A DNA stretch of 64,000 nucleotides from Vicugna vicugna. Its lineage: Eukaryota. The notes below the pieces were generated by a model that did no database searches, had not been told where the DNA came from, and saw only the letters and a program-made list of their open reading frames with translations. The position numbers and the translations under genes are program-made. The stretch lies in the NCBI GenBank assembly GCA_013265495.1, contig MU057560.1, positions 1,128,753 through 1,192,752 on the forward strand, in the 5' to 3' direction. Shown in pieces: positions 1 through 11,580 of the stretch. Every line of letters begins with the position of its first letter. The stretch's first letter is position 1.

Positions 1-2159
1 AGGCCTTTATGGACAAGACCTCTGTTAGAATAACTCATATCTGTTACTGAACTTGTAAATTAGTCATGTTTTGATTAATATGCGAATTAAGAATTTGCTG
101 TTAAAAAGGTATAAATATCTCATTGCCTAAAGTGATTAGAATAAGTAATTACTTAAACATGATAATTTTGATGTTAAATAATTACTATAGGAGAAAAAGG
201 AAGAAGGCACAAATACGCTTGATATAATTTCAGCTGTTGAACCGAGTGACAACATTTGATGCTGTTTGTATAAATATGCACATATGCTTTGGGAGATTTA
301 ATACTTGCTTCTCCTTTTATACAAGTCACTTCAATTTTCGTTTTATTGACAATCTAGAATAGTAATTTTGCTCTGCTCAAAGATCTTTTTTTTAAAGAAA
401 ATATAAACTATTTCACAATATTTCTCATGTAACTGCACCTCTTTTATTTTTAACGTTTATTGGCTAATTAACTTCAAATAGCTATTATGACTTGGTGTGA
501 CGCACAGCGCTGAGGCTGAAGGGTGGAATCAGGCTTCAGAGAACCCCGGACCATTTGCAAATTATTCTGGGTCATTATGGCGACCACCAGAGTACAGAAT
601 CTTGCCCTTCCTTGTACACAGTTACCTCCAACTTTCATGTAACTTCCTTTTTGACCGTGTAACCTTATTTGTCAGAAAAAAATCTTTGATTCACACCCCA
701 TAATAATAAAAATATGTACATTTATTTTTAAAATAAATGCATGTACTGTTACTATGAGCTAATGTTTTAAAATCAATTTTCCTATGAGTGTAGGCTTTGG
801 CGTTTCCACTTTTACACTGTGGTGGATACACACGGCAAAACTTCAAAACTTGTGTCCTTATCTTTAACGTGTTTTGGTCTACTGACCTGAATCATTTAAC
901 ATTTAGTCTCAGTTTACTTAGACTGTAAAAGAAAACATAATTTCTAGGTTTTAACTGTTCATTCATCCTTCCAACGATACATTACACGTACACATCTTTA
1001 CACGACACCGCGTAGGGTGAAGCATAAGACGGGTACCTGGGGCTGTGGATCCGTAAGTGAGTCTTGCTGCTCGCTGTGGGTTTAGGCGGTCGCTGTCGGC
1101 GCTGGGGCCGGAACAGAACCCAGCATGGGATGGGAGAAATGTGGGCTCCGTCCAGCTCCCACTGAGGACTCTGCAACACCATTACATTTCTCTGTTAATT
1201 AATAGAAAATAATATGACCTGTATATCGTATTACCAGCCTCTCTGTGACGTATACAGCAGGACAGATGAGCACGGGGACGCGAGGTTTCTGTCCCTCTGG
1301 GTCCTGGGATCCCGTCCTTCCCCGCGCACAACTCAAGTGTCAAATATGGCATTTGGTTCCAGATCCGAGTACCAGCCTCAACAGTAAATTGAATATTAAT
1401 AGAGAGGCTTTTTAAATTTTTAAATAAAGCTTAATAGAATTGTGAAGTTAGTATTCTGTCCCTGTAATGCAGTGGGGGGCCCTGCGCATGTCAGAAGTGG
1501 GACCCCGCGCTCCCGGACAGCAGCCGGGCTCCGTTCTCCCGATCCCGCCAGCCTGGACCGTTTCTCCTAAAGCCTCGCGGCCGTTTATGCTACCTCGTTC
1601 ACGACATTGCTTCCTTTTTTAAAAACAGTAGCTAATATGCAATAATGGCTACTCAAATAGTCATTTCATATCCTCCTGTGATCTGGTGGCTCCTAAGTTT
1701 AGAAATCTTCTCCCGTTTCTGTCTGCATCACCATGGCACCCAACTGAAAATCATGTACCAGGAAGGTTCTTAGCAAACGCCAAAAAGTGAGTGATCTGAA
1801 TCTTCCGGTGACTATTATAGCAAGATAAGACAGCAGGTTTGAGGCCCTTTGTGGAAGGACGTGACTAAGAAAAAGAAAAAAAAAAAGGGAGATTTAGATT
1901 TTTCAATGCTGAGGGAAACCCTGAGCCCAGATTCGTGATTTATATCTAGAAACTCTGATTAGCAGTTAGTTGATGTAGATCGTTTATTCTCATGCGTCTT
2001 TGTGACATGTTGATAGAGGCTTCTTCAATTCAAATGGAAGAGATTATGAACCACATTTGGATGCATGGAGGTGATTTTTCTGGATCAAGATAGAAAAATA
2101 TGAGTGAGTACCTTGAATACTATTTATCTCATTGTGTATTTAAGTCTAGAATAGCACAC

Positions 2160-2360
2160 AGTGAAGTCTCGGAAGCCTGCTGTACGCAGATTGAGTCCCT
2201 GACCTATCTTCCATGGCCGTGTGAAGCTGGTTAAGTTCCTCTTCCACTCTCCACCTCAGTTTCCTCCTCTGTGAAGTGGGACCATACATACCAACTACCA
2301 GGTGTGCCTGTCGGCTTTGTGATGAGTGTTAAGGGCCTGGTGCACCACAGGTGTTTGTAA
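2160..2360 (+). mobile_element. MIR SINE fragment
   Basis: MIR core-like 'gtgaagctggttaagttcctcttccactctccacctcagtttcctcctctgtgaagtggg' followed by a decayed 3' tail. Confidence 0.7.
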
Positions 2361-4029
2361 TCACTGGTTTCCCTCTGATTTTCAAGTCTACCAAACTCTC
2401 AACAAATCACACAAAAGATCTTTGAACCAGATCCTTGAGAAAGAACAGGAGAACTTGTTACCAAAATGATTCCATTAAAAAACATTTTTTAAAGAGCATT
2501 GGCAAGGAAGTTTAAGAGAACAATTCAAGAGTTTTGTGCATATAGTTTTTCTACGGTGAAAGAAATCCAAACCCTGGAGAGGAGGACTGTCCCCACAGGA
2601 ATCCTTGGAGAAACGCACAAGAGGGCAGACGAGAGACACACACTTGCAAGGTGCTTTCCTGGGATTCGCTGCCTCCCACCCTAGTGTTGGTCAAACGTGG
2701 TAAAACTTGTGAATTTCTCCATTTTTAGAAGCAAAACCTGTCAAGTGGTTCACAAGCTGAAATACCAGATCAGTGGGCAAAGAATCAGAAATTATCTTAT
2801 TACCTAAAGGGGGTTTAGGCAAAGCACACACACAGCGTTTACACATTCAGCTGGAAAGGCAGCAGTGGTCACCTAAGACGTCAGATTGCGTATATCTGAG
2901 TTTGTACAGTTTTTTCCTATTTCTCTTCTATCTCATTCACCCAATAATAGATGCAGCCTAGTGAACGGAAACCCTACAAATGCTTAGACTCTGCAAGGGG
3001 AAACAGTACTTGTCAAAGGCCACGTGAAAAATCTGGGAGAGAATTTGCTGCCGTAGTACATTTCTGCTGATGAGAAAGGGGACTGGGGCACGGAGCAGGC
3101 ATTTCTCGTTTAGTTTGGCCCTGTTACCTATATCTTTGGTTCTCAAAGTGTGGTCCCTGGACACATTGAAACGTGAGTTACCACAGTTGCCTTCACAGCA
3201 CGCAGCTCCGGGACTGGGGGACCAGCAGGCAAAGCCCAGCCTGGGATGGTTTCCACATCGCTCTCCGTGACTCTTGAATTTTACTGTGGAGTCTCGACAT
3301 GCGCTGCTAGATGGGTGGTGGGCGTGGGTGTAGACGCGGGCACTAGACGCAGAGATACAGATCTGGGTCCCAGCTTCACATTAGTTATGCATCTTGGGAA
3401 ACGGAGCCCTGCTCGAGCTGCCGTAACGGAAGTGGACTCAGCCCACGTGGAGTAAGACCTATAAAGGCTGCTTTCTTTCCCCCTTCTCTCCCAGCTCTCC
3501 CTCAGTCCTCCAGCTCCCCCGCACCCTCAGCTGGTGGTGGCTATGTCACTGCACAGGAGACGAGGATGCAGCTCGGAGGTCTCCCAGGTGGAGGCATCTC
3601 ACCTTCACCAATGCACTTGTTTCGGACAAGAAAGCCAAGGCTCCAAGGATGCTCCCCCGGGGAACTCCAAGCAGAGGCTGGTACTGCCGCTCTCTCTGCA
3701 TTTAGACGTCGTGATGAAGTGGACAGTAAATCTAGGTGAACAAAGGTAAGGGTCTAATTCTGTTCTCAGGCTCCAGGCTGGTTACTTTGCATAATGACTG
3801 AAACACTTTCCACATCCTTAAAGGAATGAATTCTGAGTTATCTCTTTCTAAAAACAAACAAAAACCAGTTATACTGTTATTCAGAGAAGAGTGATTATGT
3901 TAAAATATTAGTCAGTCTACACTATGAAAAATCCTTGATGCTTTCTAAAAAAGTTTTTTCTTAAATGGAAGTTTTTTCCACCAAGCTTAGTGAATAGAAT
4001 GAGAAACCTAATTCACTTTTCCACCTCCA

Positions 4030-4110
4030 GATACTTGCCTCATATGTGGCATATAATAAACAGATGCTCATACAATTGTTAACTGGATGATTGAACAAAT
4101 AAATACAGAA
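4030..4110 (+). mobile_element. L2 3' terminal fragment
   Basis: 'tggcatataataaacagatgctcatacaattgttaactggatgattgaacaaataaat' resembles the L2 3' end. Confidence 0.5.
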
Positions 4111-4123
4111 TAAAGCAACCATT

Positions 4124-4361
4124 TTTATTTTGTATTTTATTTTTTAACATTTTTATTGATTTATAATAATTTTACAATGTTCTGTCAAACTACAGTGCAG
4201 AGCACAATTTTTCAGTTATACATGAACATACATATATTCATGGTCACATTTTTTCTCTGTGAGCTCCCATAAGATCTTATGTATATTTCCCTGTGCTGTA
4301 CAGTATAATCTTGTTTATCTATTCTACATTTTGAAGTCCCAGTCTATCCCTTCTCACCCTC
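4124..4361 (-). mobile_element. 5'-truncated lineage-specific L1 3' UTR with target-site duplication
   Basis: T-rich tail at left, 'ttttacaatgttctgtcaaa...ccctgtgctgtacagtataatcttgtttatctattc'; TSD taaagcaaccatt (4111-4123) / taaagcagccatt (4362-4374), one mismatch. Confidence 0.9.
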
Positions 4362-5280
4362 TAAAGCAGCCATTGTTATGAGCTGAGTCTCAGTGTCTAA
4401 GTACCACCCACATAAGGCTTCCTGTCATCTCATCCCTGAGGGAAAGGGCGTTATTTGATTCGACGTTCCAACTATGTAATCCACTGTATAATCCACATAG
4501 GCTTCTAAACAAATAAATGTCAATATATAGCAATACATGTGTCAAAAATAGTATTTGTGAGGGAATGAAACAATACATGGTGTGATTTATTTTTTCACAA
4601 AGAGTCAAAAAATTCTTCCACCTGAAAATGAACCTGAAGCTTGGTTTTGAAGGGTGAGTGTGAGCTGAGCGGGGCCGCGGGTGGAAGGCTCTCCAGGGCC
4701 AGGAAGGGCTTGCACGGGGGCTCGGAGGCCGGCCACAGCAGACATCCTGCATCCCTCCTGCTGTGCTCCTTGAATGGACTGCAGTGGCTTCATTTCTGGA
4801 ATCAAATATAGTAAGTGCATTTCTTCTCATACATTCTAAGGGGAGTGTCACATGGACCCAATATGGTACTTACCTGAAGCTATCTTCTGAACGTTTCCTT
4901 GGATACTGTGTTCCTCTGCCCTCCAAGAAATCAATCTTGAGTGAACTTACCAAGTCCTTCTGAGTGCACACACAGCTCCTTAAGCAAACTGGGCTACCTT
5001 ATTTTCAGTAATAAACTGCTCAATGTTCTCTTCCCTCCCAGCACTGCTGTGAGCTTTTCTGCGATTGTATTAAACACAGTAGTTCCGGAACACCTTCCAC
5101 TGTAGTCACTGCTGTTAAAGAAGGAGCTGCTCACAGAGGCACCCAGACTGGCAATAATTTATCTCAAAATCAACACTGAATTATTAGAATAATGATGGTC
5201 AGTTTGGTGAGCAAAGAAGCAGATATAAGCCAGACTAAGAGAAAACCTGAAGCCTGGAAACCCCGCCTGTGAGGTCATCT

Positions 5281-5912
5281 TGTGGCACCAAGCTTGTTGC
5301 GCTGCCACCTGAAGACCTGCCTGGTGTCATCACTGCTGCAGAAAAATGTGTCACAGCTCAGTTGTGACAGTAACCCGGATCCAGGCGAGAGACCAAGCAG
5401 CACTTGGAGAGTTGCAGAACTCACGTTTACTACAGCATGACCAGAGGAGTTAACACTCCAAGCTCTGGACCCTATCTGTAGATTTACACCGGCTTTTATA
5501 GTCTGCCGGTTTACACTTTGCAACATCATATGCAAATAAGGTATAACAAAAGTTGACTAATTAGGAACAAGCTTTGTAGAAATAACCAATCAGGAGTGAG
5601 GGAAATGGACCAATCAAGAGTGACAGAATTAACCAATCAGGAGTGAGCTCCATGCAAAGAAAATACTACAAATGGACCAATCAGGAGTGAGGGAAATGGA
5701 CCAATTAGGAGTGAAAGAAATAACCAATCAGGATGGAGCTCAGGGAACCAATAGAATTTTAGGGGTAAGTTCCACTTTCCTAGAAGTAAGCCGTTTGGGA
5801 GGCAAAAAGTGAGAGAGCCTCTGGGCCAGGGAACCGGATGGTGCTGGCAGGAGGGTAGTGGCCCTGCCTGGGGGTCCTGCCCGTCTTTTCTATGGGGCTT
5901 CCCAGCTCATCA
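5281..5912 (-). mobile_element. Solo ERV LTR (ERV1-like) with tandem CCAAT boxes
   Basis: On the minus strand: U3 repeat array with 7 CCAAT boxes (5586-5752), octamer ATGCAAAT (5530-5537), TATAAAA (5500-5494), AGTAAA polyA-type signal (5431-5426); exact termini and TSD not resolved. Confidence 0.8.
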
Positions 5913-6499
5913 CAATAAAATATCCCCATGGAAACACATGGTCGCACGCCCCTCAGGCCAGGGAACAGGGGAGAGCTCCTTGTTCCACTTGCACGTCTTT
6001 TGATAGAGGAGACTTGCAGAGGTTTTTATTACATTTAGAATTTGGTGAGATACTGTTACAACATTCAGTGCAAACATCATACAACACAGAAAGCCTTTCC
6101 CATGAAGATCTGCACTAAAACCAGCGACTGTGCCGTGATATGCCACAGGCGGGCTAACTGGTCGGCTAGATGGCGTCCCTGTAATGATAAGAGCTCGCAG
6201 CAAGTGACCAACCCTACTGCTCGTGAAGTGCTGCCTGCCCCGGACAACGGGCCAAGCAGGCTCTTTGAAACTCGCTTGTGTAACGCCCTCTGAAGTAAAC
6301 ATTACCTTCTCCGTTTCAACGGGGAGCTTAGAAAACACGGGCTGTCTAACTTTTGAATGCCAGTTAGTAAGGGAAGGAGCCGCGATGCAGGCTCAGCTGG
6401 CGGCAAAGCTCTCGCCTCCGGGCGCACTCGCGATCGGACGGCGTCCCGCGCGCTGGCAGCAGCTCCTCGGCCTTCTTTCCTCTTGTCCCTTGTCCTGGG

Positions 6500-6642
6500 C
6501 CTCGTGTGTATCTTGGGTCCTGTATCACCTAACCACTCTGAGCCCCAGTTTCCTCGTTAAAAGAAGGCTAATAGTTCTCACTGCACAGACTTTTCTGAAA
6601 GTTAAACGTGTCTCGTCTGCAGAGAGCCCAGGGCAGGTACTG
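6500..6642 (+). mobile_element. MIR SINE fragment
   Basis: 'tcacctaaccactctgagccccagtttcctcgttaaaagaaggctaatagt' MIR core. Confidence 0.7.
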
Positions 6643-9589
6643 TGATTTCTTCTCTTTCTTAGGATGTGGCCGTTACCAAAATCCACTCAAAGGGATGTAC
6701 GTCTTGGGTTTGTCGTTGCTGTTTCAGTTTTTTTGTGCTGCTGCTTGTGATGGTTGAGGGACCACCACCTTCCAGGTAACACACGGGGTTCTGGCCGCAG
6801 GACGATGGGTGGGGAGCAGCCTGTGAGTCCGGGTGCACGGCCCGCACCAGGTCCTCTGCAGGCGGGGGTCTGTGAGGTCACGGGGAGGGCCGTGCGTCTG
6901 CAGGCACGCCTCGGGGGAGTGTGGCCCTGACTGTGCACGGCCTCCTTTCCTCGCTGCGTCGCCTCTCGCTCCTGCTTGCTTAGCGCTCGGCCCTCACACA
7001 GCTTCGCAAGGCACGCTCACTGGGGCGTTCCAGTGCATGGAAAGCGCCTCCTCTGGCTCTTATTTTTTTAAACTATATTATTGGTTTGTAAAGTACACGA
7101 AGATGGCAAGTGTTGGATCTACTGTTTTAAGCAGAAAGCAACACCTACCTAGCCATTCCTTGCCGGCTGTGCTAACTCAGAGCTTCCACCTATTGGTAGA
7201 CACGATTGTTAGGACTTTCGAAGAATGAGTCTGGGCTGCACTGAATTGCTGAAAAAATCGACGGCTTTCTCAGACGCACCTTTCCCACCATGGTTCCCAT
7301 GGTTCCATCCACATGTCACTGTTTTCCGTGTGCCGTTAAAGCTGCGCTCTGATTCCGGGGCCGGGGCCCCGGGGAGGCCCTCCTCCTGGGGGAGCACTCA
7401 CGGCCGCAAGCGCCAGCCCTGCCGCCGCCGTCGGCCGCAGCCCAGCGCCCTCCAGATGTTAATCATCCGGCAGCGAGCTGCTTATCTAGCCTTGAGAGAG
7501 GGTTCGCAGGGAGCGAGATAACAGAGTTGATTTTGCTAGAATAAAAGCTCTCAAACGTAAACACTCCGAAAGCCTTGTGTATATGCGTCTATTTTTCTTT
7601 AACCTAAGATTGCAAACAGGCAAACATTTCTTGGGGAGTCTTGATAATGCAAGGGTGGTTTGCAGAGTAGAAAGGATTTTTCATGTTACCATGGGGACAC
7701 CTGAGTATGAAAAAAATGTAACCTTTCCCTCCCCTTAGCTCTTAAGTGCAGGGCTCAGAGCCTTTTATCTGGGGCCATTTATTTACCTTTTATAAGAAAA
7801 AGCACAGCCTGCCTCATTCTCTTTCTTGGCGATTTTAGGAAAGGCAGTATCTTTGCAGAGACAGGACGGCAAGCTTTTAACAGCAATGGCTTTAATGGAC
7901 CCAGCTGGGCTCCAGCCCTGCCCCTCGCCCACCTCAGTCCCCAGGCTAGGCCAGATAGACCTGCATGCAAATCCTGCCCCCACTGCTTCTCAGAAGGGCT
8001 GCTGTGACCCTGCCTGCTTTGCAACTGAGAAAACATTTGTCAAGGGCCCAACACAAGGAGGTGAACTGTCCCTGAATGCAAGTCAGTACAAACCAAGTGC
8101 CTTTGGACTCAGTGTAGACCTCAGCAGGTGACACACCCACCCTGGACTCTGAGTCAAAAGAACCTGACCCTTTAGAAGAGCTTCTCACTTACGCAGGAGA
8201 AAATGCCTCCCCTACCCCCACCTCAGGAACAAAGAGGGCAGTTCCAGCTGGGAACCTCCTTAGAGGCAGGCGTCAGGGCACTTCTGTGTGCTGCTGAAGT
8301 CCGGGCCGTCACAGCCCTTCTGAGGGAACGTCGAACATCTTAGGAGATTTGGTGACTTGCCCAAGAAACAGCCAAAATTGATCTCAATGTTCAGATCTGT
8401 TTAATAACATGAATCTGAATTTATGTGTGAGGAATGAGGGACCTGAGGTTGAGAAGTTTCATTCAAAAAACGTCTAGGGAGAATCTGTCTGTAGAGGAAA
8501 TAGAAAACAGCCAGGAAACGTGGCCCGCACCCCAACAGTGAGCAAAAAGCTGATAAATGAGAGAGAGAGAACTGAGTCCACTGCAGGGCTGACAAGCCCC
8601 ACCGAGGAGGGACGGGCCCACAGCCCCTCTTACCTTCGGTAGAGCATGGGAGATCAAAGAAGCTGATGTGATGAAAGCATCCAACTCGTCATCCCTGTCC
8701 TAATGTCCGTGTGGGCCAGGGTCACAGCGCAGAGTAGCTGGCACCCCAGACCCCGGTGGGCCTCACTCGGGTGCGCCCTCTGGTGTCCCAGGCGTGCAGG
8801 TGCTGACTGGCTGCTGCTGAGAGGGGGCTGAGCCCCTTCCCCTCTCAGAAATCCCCAGGGTCCTGAGGTGCTGGGGAGGAGCAGGAAGACCTCCAGGTGC
8901 AGAGAGTGGACAAGCATTTGCTGCTTCTGAGGAGGATGAGATGCAAAGCTGTCTGTCCTTGGGGAGGGGGACCAGACCCTGTGCTGGTACAATGGAATGG
9001 CTCCGTCCAGCCAAGCTGTCTGAAGGTGTGAGCCCAGCACCAAGCACACGCAGCACCAGCCCACCCCTGGGGAGGGCCGAGGGCAGCACGGGGCCCCTTG
9101 GGGGTGCGCTCACTGGGGGCAGCTAGCGCTGAGATGGGGCAGCCGTCCTGGGAGGTAACCTGTGGATGCTCCCCCAGCGCCCCCACTCCGAGCACCCCCA
9201 GTGGTGCATGGTTTTCCCTGACCTCATTGACTTTGTTTTTCCAATTTTTTTTTTTAACATTTTCTCTCCTTTCTCCTTTCCTAGGGACATCCCCCTGGAT
9301 CTTGTGGGTGCCTGACACCCACCCCACCACCACAGGACGTGCTCCCTGAGTACCATCCAGTCTCAGGGCGCCAAGGATGGAAACCCCTCTCTTCTCCAAA
9401 TGGTCTTCATATGCAGAATCCAATTAACTACACTTCTGGGTTCACTGCACTTCGTCCTGTTACAGAGAAGCAGGTGTTAGCTGGCTAATGCAGCTCTGTA
9501 GACACAGTAACACACACCACGTCCTCAGACACACGCACGACTGACGGCGTGGTGTCCTCCCAGCCATGTTAACCCTGCGCCACTGAGGG

Positions 9590-10630
9590 AGCATGTTTCA
9601 TAATGATGGTTATTTTCCATACAGTGTACTTGGCCTGATTTGAAAATTTATGTACGAGCTTTGCCTCAGTGGGAAGTTGCTAGGATGTACTTTTTTTTCT
9701 TTACTTTTTGGAGGTTTCTCTTGCTAAAATCATTTAGTGATTTTTTAAAAATTTAGTCAGATTCTATTTGTCTTTTCCCTGCTGTGTTTTGTCTGTTTAG
9801 ATTAATGGTTTGGATTTACATCCACCGTCCTCTTTGGCACCACCTCTCACACTTGCCTAGTGTTTCTTTTTATCTCCTCTCTCGTCATTTTGGGGCTATT
9901 TTTTAAATGATTCTTTTCTTTTCCTCCTTTGAATTTGGAAGCTATACCCTCCCTTTCTCTTCTTTTAGCATTTAATCTGGAATTTACACACTGTGTCCCT
10001 AACTTGTCAGAGCATAAAATGTGTGGGTGTCTTTAACTTCCTTCCCAAAACAGAGAAATCCTAGACCATTTTAGTTTCTTTTATTCCTTTCCTGATTATA
10101 TTGTATGTTTTGTGTCTTTTATCTACATTATATTTTTAACCTGATAAAATATGGTTGTTACTTTTGTATGCCAAACTTATTTACATTTATTTAAATTAAA
10201 TAACATTTAATCATGTTAAAGTACATATTTATCACATTCTTTGCTCCTCATTCTTTCTAGTAGCTTAAAAATTTCATCTAAGATCTCTTTCCTTCTACCT
10301 AAAACATAACCTTTAAAATTTCATTTAAGGCAGATCTCCTAGTGGTGAATTCTCCCATTTTGTTTGCCTTGGAATTATTATTATTATTATTTTTTAAATT
10401 TTTGTTACCATTCTTGAATTAGGTCATAGAATTATCGGTGGAGAGTTGCTTTTTCTTAACACATGGAAGATGTCCCACTGCAGTCTGTTTCATTGTGGAT
10501 ATTGAGAATTGGGCCAGTGTCGCTGCTTCTCCTTTTGCAGATTTTTTTTGTTTTTTATGCCAGGCTGCTTTCAAGACGTTCTCTTTGCCTCTAGTTTTCT
10601 GCATTTCAGTGAGACTGCATCTAAGGGTGA
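9590..10630 (-). mobile_element. Ancient L1 (L1ME/HAL1-type) ORF1 C-terminal region and downstream spacer
   Basis: Minus ORF 10419-10604 'KENVLKAAWHKKQ...LAQFSISTMK' resembles L1 ORF1p 'KEKMLRAAREK...LTADLSAETL'; T-rich plus strand. Confidence 0.8.
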
Positions 10631-11074
10631 AAATCAGCTTCCCCTTTGGGGGCAGGGCGCAGTGCAGGTTCGGGGGGGGGGGTAGTTTGCTTTTAACTTG
10701 TCCTCACAAGGAGCCCAGCTTTACGGGAGATGCTCTGACTCCCGCGCTGGCCTCTGTCTTCTGCCCCTCACGCCTCCTATAGTGAGAAAAGTAAACTCAG
10801 ATTCGCTGGGGTTCCCAGCGGGCTTAGTCACTCCTGGGCTCCCTCTGAGCCCCCTCTTCTCTTGGACTACGGGCTCCCTTCATCTCCTGTAGGTGAGGAA
10901 TCAGCTGATTGCCCGGGGCTGCGAGTTTCATAGCCTTGACGGGTCTCAGATCACTTCCCGAGCTACCTGGGTTCAGGTCCTGGTTACCTTCCTGTCCTAC
11001 CTTTCTCTGTATCTCCGTGAAAGCACCCTGAGGGTCTCCCTCTCCTTGCTCCAGAGGGAGACCTCAGCATCACA

Positions 11075-11580
11075 CACGCCGCGCCCGAGGTCTCGTGGGA
11101 CTTCAGTGCTTTCCCGTTGCCTACAGGGCGGACGCTGGGCTCCCCGGTTCAGGCCACAGCCCCGTTCTCCTCTGCTCGCTCCTGCGCAGACCGCGGCTCA
11201 GCCGCGCGCAGGGCGCTGCTCCGGGGCTGTCCGCGCCCCGCCCCGGCCTCTGCGCGCGCTGCGGCCTCCAGAAGGCTGCGCACTGTCAGCCCGGCCCCCG
11301 GCTAGACCTCAGCTGCCCTGCCTTGCGGGGCCTCTGTTCCTGCCTTCCGCTTGCTCCGACACGAGGACATTGATCGTGTTTTCCTGCCTGGAATTCTCTC
11401 CCACAAGATATTTGCTGAGACCCCCCTTTGCTCAAGCAGAGCCTTCGCCGCAATGCTGTACGTGGGGGCCCGCTGGCCGGCTCCTGCTCCACCCCTGCCC
11501 GCCCCTGCCGCTCCTGATTCACGGTCGGTACGCCTGCACGCTGCGCAGCCCCCGGCTGGAGCTGTAACTGCGTGCCGGGA
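11075..11580. promoter_or_regulatory. CpG-rich patch
   Basis: Dense CpG/GC, e.g. 'gccgcgcgcagggcgctgctccggggctgtccgcgccccgccccgg'; lies upstream of the minus-strand L1 ORF1 fragment and may be its remodelled 5' region. Confidence 0.55.

Noticed and set aside
2017..2470. Exon-like segments (2017-2103 with gtgagt donor; about 2387 onward reading YQTLNKSHKRSLNQILEKEQENLLPK*)
   Set aside because: The 87-nt segment has stops in all three frames, the acceptors are weak and no protein is recognised
5581..5755. Regularly spaced repeats superficially like a CRISPR array
   Set aside because: Eukaryotic DNA, no unique spacers, no cas genes; explained as an LTR U3 CCAAT array
10893..11567. 224-aa ORF
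   Set aside because: GTG start and a Pro/Arg/Ala/Leu-rich product expected from stop-poor GC-rich DNA; overlapping ORFs in several frames; no recognisable domain
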